From: Nostoc sp. PCC 7120 = FACHB-418
GTDB lineage: Bacteria; Cyanobacteriota; Cyanobacteriia; Cyanobacteriales; Nostocaceae
Length of the DNA: 32,000 nt
Assembly (NCBI RefSeq): GCF_000009705.1
Contig: NC_003272.1
Location: 1,440,001-1,472,000 of the forward strand
Direction of reading: 5' to 3'
The translations under genes and the position numbers were made by a program. Under the pieces are notes generated by a model. That model made no database searches. It saw nothing but the letters and a program-made list of their open reading frames with translations, and was not told the DNA's origin. This document shows, piece by piece, positions 25,738 through 32,000 of this stretch. The stretch's first letter is position 1. Each line of letters opens with the position of its first letter.

Positions 25738-27252
25738 ATGACAGATTTAGAAATACTTATTAATAACTTGCCAAAAATTGTTTATGGTTTGAGACTTACT
25801 TTAGGTAATTCTCAGGAGATCATACAACAAGTTGTGCTGATTAATCAGGCTCAGGAGCAGCTGCACAAGATTCAACAGGCGATTAGCTATGCACTGCCGG
25901 AGGCAATCGCTCAACAATTAAGTTTTGCTACCCATCAAGCTACTGCTACCCCACCTCAGATGAGTGCTACAAGATATTTGTTAGTACCCAGTATTTTGCG
26001 GGTAGAACCAACTATTACTGGTAACACAAGACTAATTACTGAAAAATTCGGCAATCCTGCCATAGAAATATCTTTAGATACTTTAAAATCGAAAATAAAT
26101 TACTGGCTGGAATGGGGTGATTTATTACAAGCGATCGCCGCAGATATTTTAATTGATTCTCATCTGGTCAATAAAGTAAATGCAGATATTAATTATCCCA
26201 GCTTAAGTAAGCATATTGAATATTTAAGCAAGAGTATAGATATCAAGTTAGCTTTTAGTAATCCAAGAACTTTAGAAAAGCAAATTCAGCAGATTATTAA
26301 CCTTGAAGAGGAAGTATTAAAAGCCCAAGACAGACTATTTTATGTGGTCAACACCATTAAAAATAGTCAGGGATTATTAACAATTCTACTGGCAATCTCA
26401 TCGTTTTGTGGTCAATCAGGCTTTGCGATAGAATGGTTAGATGATACTCACGAATTGATTATATCTAGTGAAAATAAGTTTCAAGAATTGACGGATATTC
26501 TCAATGATTGCGAAAAATATCAAAATAGACTCACTGCTTTTTTAAACGAATGTCAACAATTAAAGGAGCAAGCACAGAAAAGTTTAACTAATAACAAATA
26601 TATAAATCGACGTACAGAGAAAACATCTGATAATTTTTCACCAATATTACGTACAACTCTATTTGTCACATCAAGTTTAGTTGTTCTCACCTTTGGTATC
26701 GGGATTATCAAAAATAAAATCAATCAACCTCAACAAGCTATTCAAAATGTTGACCCAGAAACACAAGCTGTTAGTAATTTCAAATCTGCTTTAAAACTCG
26801 GAATGGAAGCTTCTTCCATAGCTCAAAATCCGCCTTATCCTCTGAAAGTTTGGCAAAAAGCCGCAGGTAAGTGGCAGCAGGCAATAAAATTCTTAAGCTT
26901 GATTCCTGAAGGAACATCTGTTTCTATAAAGGCACACGATAGACTAATTCGTTACCGACGTAATTATGATGCGATTAATAAAAGAGCAGCAACTGAAAAA
27001 CAAGCATTAATGAACTTAGAAGCAGTCGAAAAGCTAGCGATAGAAGCTGAATTTTTTATAAAAACTTCGCCAAATTCATTATTGGCTTGGCAGCAATCAA
27101 AAGATAAGTGGCTACAGGCTATTAAATTATTAGAATCTATCCCCCAAAATAGCTTTACTTATCAACAAGCTCAAGCTACACTTCCCAACTATAAAACACA
27201 CTATGCAGCAATTAATGCCATCATTCAAAACAGATTACAGTCCGTGAATTAG
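25738..27252 (+). CDS. Hypothetical membrane protein: about 300-aa helical/coiled N-region, one TM helix, duplicated C-terminal module
   Basis: Start ATG 25738 (MTDLEIL), versus the track's TTG at 25714. TM segment TTLFVTSSLVVLTFGIGII. Two C-terminal copies of a W-x3-K/G-x-W-x-Q-A-I-K-x-L-x-x-I-P module (VWQKAAGKWQQAIKFLSLIPEGTS and AWQQSKDKWLQAIKLLESIPQNS). Confidence 0.7.
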   Translation: MTDLEILINNLPKIVYGLRLTLGNSQEIIQQVVLINQAQEQLHKIQQAISYALPEAIAQQLSFATHQATATPPQMSATRYLLVPSILRVEPTITGNTRLITEKFGNPAIEISLDTLKSKINYWLEWGDLLQAIAADILIDSHLVNKVNADINYPSLSKHIEYLSKSIDIKLAFSNPRTLEKQIQQIINLEEEVLKAQDRLFYVVNTIKNSQGLLTILLAISSFCGQSGFAIEWLDDTHELIISSENKFQELTDILNDCEKYQNRLTAFLNECQQLKEQAQKSLTNNKYINRRTEKTSDNFSPILRTTLFVTSSLVVLTFGIGIIKNKINQPQQAIQNVDPETQAVSNFKSALKLGMEASSIAQNPPYPLKVWQKAAGKWQQAIKFLSLIPEGTSVSIKAHDRLIRYRRNYDAINKRAATEKQALMNLEAVEKLAIEAEFFIKTSPNSLLAWQQSKDKWLQAIKLLESIPQNSFTYQQAQATLPNYKTHYAAINAIIQNRLQSVN

Positions 27253-27390
27253 AAATATTTTGTTCACCAATTCAACGCCTAACAAACTGTTTTATATGGC
27301 GGCGCGCTCGCTTTAGTTCTTTGAGACGACCAATATATAAATATTGAATTGATAACTGTGGCAAAAGTAGTTATTTACACCCTTTCTTCT

Positions 27391-29448
27391 CTATCCCCTA
27401 TTTTGACTTTGCTGTACTTGTTGTAATAACATTTCCACACTTGCGGCTGATGGCAAACACTTCAAGCCTTGGCAAACTAAGCCCACACTATTGTCAGGTA
27501 AATTAGACACTACAGCGAATGCAACCGTGGGTAAGTAGCTGGGGATCAAAGTATGAATTTGCTCATTTGTGCTGCGAATCAAGGTAGAATTACGATACCA
27601 ATCTAAAGCCGTGAACAAACTAGGACAAGCTTGAGGAGCGCTAGACATGACACTTTTGAAAGCTTTTAACCCTTGTTCGGCTAAATCGAGATAGTGTAAA
27701 TCATCGGTGAGTAATGACAGACGCACGAGATTAGCGATCGCCACACCGTTAGCTGAGGGTGTAGCATTATCCATATAGCTACGTTCTCGTATAATCAAAT
27801 CTTGACTAGCATCACTAGCTGTATTAAAGTAACCACCAAGCTCTATACTCCAGAGAAACTCATCGAATTGGTGTTGTAGTGCGATCGCTTTTTCTAACCA
27901 AAATCGATTTTCAGGTTCAGCAGTGTGTAAATCCAGCAGTGCTTTAATAAATAAAGCATAATCTTCCGACTGAGCCAACACAGCCGCTTCCCCTCGATAG
28001 TTGAGTCTGTGGAAACGCCCATCGACAAATTGATTTTCTAAAATAAAGTTCGCCGCCTTAGCTGCTAGTTCTCCAGCCAAAGGTTGCTGAAATACCCCAG
28101 CAGCTCTCGCCAAACCGGAAATCATCAAACTATTCCAAGCCACAATCATCTTTGTATCCGTCACCGAAGGGATACGTCCTGGCCAGTGAGTAGTTTTTGC
28201 TTCCTGGTTGTCCTGTGCTGGTGGAAAAGTCTCTAGGGTATCCGCAGCACTACCGTAACGAGCAGCAAACAATTTTCCTAATGCAGTTTCTATCGTTGCG
28301 CCCAATTCCCCTGGTTGTCGGCGTTGCAGTACATTCTTACCTTCGAAGTTACCTTGAGGACTGACTGTAAATTGCTGTTGTAATTCTGTTAATTCTGTTG
28401 GCGTTACCAGTTGTTCTAACTCAGCATAACTCCAGACATAAAAAGCACCTTCCTCTGGTTCTACGTCCGTGGGAGTGGTGAAACTATCAGCATCTTGAGC
28501 CGCGTAAAAATAACCTGCCGGTGCAGTCATTTCCCGTTGCAGCCATACAACAGTTCCAGTCACAGCCCTTGCAAAAGCTGGCTCCTTGACTCCCGCACTC
28601 CATAAATTTGCCAGATACTCGACAATTTGACCATTGTCATAAAGCATCTTTTCGAAGTGGGGAACAGTCCAAGTAGGGTCAACAGTGTAACGGTGGAATC
28701 CCCCAGCCACATGGTCATAAATCCCACCTAAAGCCAAATCCAGACCCCGTTGAGTAGACACTTGCTGGCCATCATATCGGGACGCAAAATTAAATCTAGT
28801 TCCTCGCAATGCTAATTCAGCATAGGGAATCATCGGAAAACTATTACCGTATTCGTTGCGAGTAATTACGCTTGTGTTAGTTTCCCAACCACGCTTTAGC
28901 AATTCGCTTTCTTCCGCTTCTTGGGTAGCTTCCCCTTTTAATACCGCAGAGGTGAGGAGCGATTCCACAATTAGGGCTTTCCGTTGGCGCAAATCCTCTT
29001 TTTCGGTATCGTAATAGCGACGTAGTGCTTCCAGAATTTGCAAAAACCCAGGACGGTTGTACTTTGGCTCTATAGGAAAATAAGTACCAGCGTAAAACGG
29101 AACTAAATCTTCTGGTGAAAGAAAGACATTTAAAGGCCAACCCCCCTGACCACTCATCATCTGCAACGCCTGCATATAAATGCTGTCGATATCTGGTCTT
29201 TCTTCCCTATCCACTTTAATAGGCAAAAAATTAGCATTCATATAGTCGGCTATAGCTTGGTCAGAAAAAGCTTCACCTTCCATCACAGTACACCAGTGAC
29301 AACTGGAGTAACCTATCGACAAAAAAATTGGTTTATCTTGTGTTTTAGCTGTTGCAAGAGCTTCATCACACCAAGGCCACCAATCAATGGGGTTTTCGGC
29401 GTGCTTGCGGAGGTAGAGACTCTTGGTTTGGGCAAGGCGATTAGTCAT
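27391..29448 (-). CDS. Thioredoxin-domain protein of the DUF255/YyaL (SPATA20-like) family with a C-terminal six-hairpin glycosidase-like domain
   Basis: 685 aa. The N-terminus [22 protein letters not shown]...[22 protein letters not shown] is the characteristic DUF255 thioredoxin-like region. Confidence 0.85.
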   Translation of the reverse strand: MTNRLAQTKSLYLRKHAENPIDWWPWCDEALATAKTQDKPIFLSIGYSSCHWCTVMEGEAFSDQAIADYMNANFLPIKVDREERPDIDSIYMQALQMMSGQGGWPLNVFLSPEDLVPFYAGTYFPIEPKYNRPGFLQILEALRRYYDTEKEDLRQRKALIVESLLTSAVLKGEATQEAEESELLKRGWETNTSVITRNEYGNSFPMIPYAELALRGTRFNFASRYDGQQVSTQRGLDLALGGIYDHVAGGFHRYTVDPTWTVPHFEKMLYDNGQIVEYLANLWSAGVKEPAFARAVTGTVVWLQREMTAPAGYFYAAQDADSFTTPTDVEPEEGAFYVWSYAELEQLVTPTELTELQQQFTVSPQGNFEGKNVLQRRQPGELGATIETALGKLFAARYGSAADTLETFPPAQDNQEAKTTHWPGRIPSVTDTKMIVAWNSLMISGLARAAGVFQQPLAGELAAKAANFILENQFVDGRFHRLNYRGEAAVLAQSEDYALFIKALLDLHTAEPENRFWLEKAIALQHQFDEFLWSIELGGYFNTASDASQDLIIRERSYMDNATPSANGVAIANLVRLSLLTDDLHYLDLAEQGLKAFKSVMSSAPQACPSLFTALDWYRNSTLIRSTNEQIHTLIPSYLPTVAFAVVSNLPDNSVGLVCQGLKCLPSAASVEMLLQQVQQSQNRG

Positions 29449-29555
29449 GATGCAGATGGTGGTAGTTGCCTTCTTTGCCCAGTCTAGCTTGAATGAGTCA
29501 TGAGTGCTGAGTCATGATTTTCTAACTTTGCACCCTATTCCCTACTCCCCAATAT

Positions 29556-29708
29556 TCATTGTAAAGAACGGAAAAAACTCACCAGTGATGCAGGGACTTC
29601 TGGCGTGGGTGTAACTGTTCTAGTTTGGATTCTATGATTTGGGTTAATTCCTGCTATCAGGTGGAGCAAGAAAGTGATGATGGCGGCTTGCACAAGTTTT
29701 TCTAGCAT
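29556..29708 (-). CDS. Candidate small ORF (50 aa), hypothetical
   Basis: Below the track's size cutoff. ATG at 29708-29706 is preceded by GAGGGAGA about 7 nt upstream. It reads MLEKLVQAAIITFLLHLIAGINPNHRIQTRTVTPTPEVPASLVSFFRSLQ with a hydrophobic N-half. There is no other support. Confidence 0.25.
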   Translation of the reverse strand: MLEKLVQAAIITFLLHLIAGINPNHRIQTRTVTPTPEVPASLVSFFRSLQ

Positions 29709-30073
29709 GGCAGGTCTCCCTCGGTTGATAGCATTACTAGCGAAATTAGTTAGTCTAACTACACTCTGTTATCTTGGTTTAACGGATTTCCGTTAAATAT
29801 CCAGTATCCTGGCTGATGAAAAAGCTAAAGAAATATTGAATATTCAGGATGCAGAACTGATTTAGGTCAAGATGGTATTCCGTCCACATTTGGCGACGGC
29901 ATTCCGCCCACCGTAGGCGATCGCCAAGCTACATAATTGAATAGCGAGCCTGAAAATCAGGTGGGCAATTGTCAATAAAGGTTGATTTTTCTTTCTCTAA
30001 CTAGAAGAGCCATTTCTCTAGACGCATCTCACTATCAAAAGTGCCAAGAGGATGATGTGCATCTGCACTAGGA

Positions 30074-30203
30074 GGGACTGGGGACTGGGGACTGGGGATT
30101 GGGGGAGCAGGGGCAGCAGAGGAAGCAGGGGAAACAGGGGAAACAGGGAGTAAATGTCATTCCCAATACCCAATACCCAATACCCAATACCCAATACCCA
30201 ATT
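30074..30203. repeat. Paired STRR arrays: a G-rich heptamer run and a C-rich heptamer run, upstream of clpP
   Basis: gggactg x3, then gggattg, degenerating to ggggaaacagggag (30074-30150). An 11-nt spacer follows, then cccaata x5 + cccaatt (30162-30203). The repeat ends 36 nt before the clpP ATG. Confidence 0.9.
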
Positions 30204-30239
30204 GATAAGATGGATGTAAATTAGCTACAAGCACGCTGC

Positions 30240-30854
30240 ATGACTATTCCTATCGTTATTGAACAATCAGGTCGAGGCGAACGCGCCTTTGATATTTACT
30301 CACGGCTATTACGTGAGCGGATTGTCTTTTTGGGTCAACAGGTTGACAGCAACTTGGCTAACTTAATTGTTGCTCAGTTACTGTTTCTAGATGCGGAAGA
30401 CCCAGAGAAAGATATTTATTTGTATATAAATTCTCCTGGTGGTTCGGTAACTGCTGGTATGGGAATTTTTGACACCATGAAGCACATCCGCCCTGATGTT
30501 TGTACCATCTGTACAGGATTGGCGGCAAGTATGGGTGCTTTTCTCCTTAGTGCTGGGGCTAAAGGTAAGCGCATGAGTCTACCCCATTCGCGGATTATGA
30601 TTCACCAACCTCTAGGCGGCGCTCAAGGTCAAGCAACTGATATTGAAATTCAGGCGCGAGAAATCCTTTACCACAAGCGGCGGTTAAATGATTACTTAGC
30701 CGAACACACTGGTCAACCCATTGAGCGCATTGCCGAAGATACTGAACGTGACTTTTTCATGTCACCAGATGAAGCCAAAGATTACGGCTTAATTGACCAA
30801 GTAATTGACCGTCACGCTGCTGGTAGTCGTCCAGTGGCGATGGTTGGTCAGTAG
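30240..30854 (+). CDS. clpP: ATP-dependent Clp protease proteolytic subunit ClpP (catalytic triad intact)
   Basis: 204 aa. [19 protein letters not shown], Ser in [11 protein letters not shown], His in IMIHQPLGG, Asp in [18 protein letters not shown]. Confidence 0.92.
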   Translation: MTIPIVIEQSGRGERAFDIYSRLLRERIVFLGQQVDSNLANLIVAQLLFLDAEDPEKDIYLYINSPGGSVTAGMGIFDTMKHIRPDVCTICTGLAASMGAFLLSAGAKGKRMSLPHSRIMIHQPLGGAQGQATDIEIQAREILYHKRRLNDYLAEHTGQPIERIAEDTERDFFMSPDEAKDYGLIDQVIDRHAAGSRPVAMVGQ

Positions 30855-30883
30855 TCAATAGTCAGTTGTGTTTCATGTGGTTT

Positions 30884-31084
30884 AACGTGAGTTAGACGGA
30901 ACCTAACCCCAACCCCTTCCCTACAAGGGAAGGCTGCTCAAAACCCATAACTGAGTACCAAAGAACCAGGTTTTTAAGCCTCTCCCCGCGTCGGGGAGAG
31001 GTACCCTGCGGGTTCGCCGTAAGGCGTTCTCGTAGAGTAGCAAGCTATGGAGAGGGGTTATTCCGAATTTATAAAACTCACGTT
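30884..31084. mobile_element. MITE-like 201-bp repeat element (10-bp TIRs, 5-bp flanking duplication) rich in GC hairpins
   Basis: aacgtgagtt (30884-30893) and aactcacgtt (31075-31084) are exact inverted repeats. ggttt lies immediately outside both ends. Internal hairpins: ccttccctacaagggaagg and cctctccccgcgtcggggagagg. It carries the motif taccctgcggg, also seen at 18870-18880. Confidence 0.5.
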
Positions 31085-31172
31085 GGTTTAATAACCCTCT
31101 TATGGAACCAACCCCTGAGACAGGTTTCTGGGCTGAAGGCCATTGGCATAACGACCTTACAGCATACGAACC

Positions 31173-31207
31173 CCACTGACAACTGACAACTGACAACTAA
31201 CCACTAA
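31173..31207. repeat. STRR-type heptamer array (CAACTGA family)
   Basis: ccactga caactga caactga caactaa ccactaa. A shorter copy (caactgacaactgaca) lies at about 10789-10804. Confidence 0.85.
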
Positions 31208-31214
31208 CAAAAGA

Positions 31215-32000
31215 TTAAAACCCTGCAATTGGGTCTGGTTGAGATTCTAGGTGTTTGAGGAAGCTGTGTAATTCGTCTTCTGTTAACAACGTACGTCCCC
31301 GCTTTCCGTAGGTTTTGATTAAATATTCTCTTCCTTGCTCTGGTGTCCAACCCAAGCGCTGCAATTCGACATCAGTTTTAGCAATTACATCTGATAAATC
31401 TACAGGCTCGGCTTTTTTCTTTTTCTTCCCTGTGCCGCCTGATATGCTGGTTACGTTCTCTTGCGGACTGTAGCTTCGGGGCGTGAATGGGGTGACATTA
31501 CTATTAACTACTTCTGTTATGGTAGGAATTTCTGGCTGTTGTGCCGTCAATGGAGATAGGTCTTCAATTGGCGGTTCCAGTTCTGGTTCGTAGTAGTTAA
31601 TATCTGGTAATTTCTGGTTGAAATCTGGAAGTGGTTTCTCAGTTTTACTACCGTTGGATGTTGCTGTTTTAACTGAGGTATTATTCAGTGCATCTTTGCT
31701 TTGATCATTATTGTTGGTAACTGACCAACTATTTTTGCCAAAATCCTCATTTTGAATCGAGGTATAAGTAGACTCATGAGAGATAGGATTGGCCTGTACC
31801 TGAGATATGAGTTTTGGGGAAGGCGCTATTGATGCCTGTGGTGTATCTGTGATCCCCAAAACGGTCAGCGCTCTATTTCTTGCTTGGTCTTCGGCGGCTT
31901 CCACAGTTTCTGCTGCTGCCATACCAGTTGCGCGAGTGATACCTTCAATTTGGACGCTTGCCCGAACGATATATTTTCCCTGAAAAATTTGGACTAATTC
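31215..32000 (-). CDS. Hypothetical protein; the N-terminus lies beyond the window
   Basis: The track ORF starts at Met 31922, but the frame stays open to position 32000 (ELVQIFQGKYIVRASVQIEGITRATGMAAAETVEAAEDQARNRAL...). There is a low-complexity middle and a conserved-looking C-terminus DVELQRLGWTPEQGREYLIKTYGKRGRTLLTEDELHSFLKHLE. The G..(x)..AEDQARNRAL..LGI stretch loosely resembles Rad52/DdrA-type annealing proteins, but I cannot confirm that. Confidence 0.6.
   Translation of the reverse strand, partial: ELVQIFQGKYIVRASVQIEGITRATGMAAAETVEAAEDQARNRALTVLGITDTPQASIAPSPKLISQVQANPISHESTYTSIQNEDFGKNSWSVTNNNDQSKDALNNTSVKTATSNGSKTEKPLPDFNQKLPDINYYEPELEPPIEDLSPLTAQQPEIPTITEVVNSNVTPFTPRSYSPQENVTSISGGTGKKKKKAEPVDLSDVIAKTDVELQRLGWTPEQGREYLIKTYGKRGRTLLTEDELHSFLKHLESQPDPIAGF

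Noticed and set aside
3757-29140. Antisense or out-of-frame track ORFs nested in larger genes (3757-3990, 4937-5158, 5026-5208, 5393-5668, 7134-7550, 7411-7632, 7637-7840, 7785-8006, 7837-8022, 8175-8381, 8713-8895, 8723-9031, 10071-10310, 11885-12256, 12612-12812, 12805-13014, 14516-14791, 17187-17447, 18219-18437, 20402-20620, 22158-22394, 24774-25016, 28877-29140)
   Set aside because: Each overlaps a longer ORF that has clear family motifs. None shows motifs of its own, and several are Pro/Ala/Ser-rich mirror frames typical of antisense reading.
29257-29487. 76-aa plus-strand ORF
   Set aside because: It is antisense to the conserved DUF255 N-terminus and extends into the intergenic region, with no supporting features.
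30921-31196. 91-aa minus-strand ORF downstream of clpP
   Set aside because: It is composed almost entirely of the MITE-like repeat and the CAACTGA heptamer array.
1553-31207. Possible CRISPR arrays (heptamer arrays at 617-685, 1553-1615, 30074-30203, 31173-31207, and the 21-bp repeats at 10360-10422)
   Set aside because: The repeats are contiguous with no unique spacers. The units are 7 or 21 bp rather than 28-37 bp, and no cas genes are present.
1-32000. tRNA, rRNA, tmRNA and RNase P genes
   Set aside because: Scanning intergenic regions by eye found no T-loop consensus (GGTTCGAATCC-like) with a matching acceptor stem. It also found no conserved tmRNA or RNase P core sequences.

Overview
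The window looks like chromosomal DNA from a filamentous, probably heterocyst-forming (Nostocales-like) cyanobacterium. Evidence: about 25 copies of the HIP1 octamer GCGATCGC, several heptanucleotide STRR-type arrays (CCCCAGT/CCCCAAT/CAACTGA families), and cyanobacterial genes such as btpA. About 21 protein-coding genes are supportable. Left to right: a truncated VKOR homologue, btpA, rimO, a DEAD-box RNA helicase, a Uma2-family endonuclease, an aldo/keto reductase, a secreted hypothetical protein, dusB, and a ferredoxin-MBL fusion. Next comes a three-gene signalling module: a 1749-aa CBS/9xPAS/GAF histidine kinase, a REC-EAL protein and a REC-histidine kinase. These are followed by an HTH-NACHT STAND NTPase, an acyltransferase, a small putative secreted protein, an amidase, a membrane protein with a duplicated C-terminal module, a DUF255/YyaL-type thioredoxin-domain protein, clpP, and a truncated hypothetical gene at the right edge. 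I saw no rRNA, tRNA, CRISPR array, transposase, integrase or phage genes. The most unusual part is roughly 15.3-22.1 kb. It is visibly AT-rich and HIP1-poor, and it holds the kinase core, both REC proteins, a 790-bp non-coding gap with a MITE-like insertion, and the stand-alone HTH-NACHT gene. The HTH-NACHT gene is the best candidate for an uncharacterised NLR-like conflict or regulatory system, but the evidence is a domain pattern plus context only. Other points: a LOV-like PAS domain without the photoactive cysteine, two small TIR-bounded elements with flanking direct duplications, paired G-rich/C-rich heptamer arrays, and a 3 x 21-bp tandem repeat. All domain calls come from reading motifs by eye; no searches were run.
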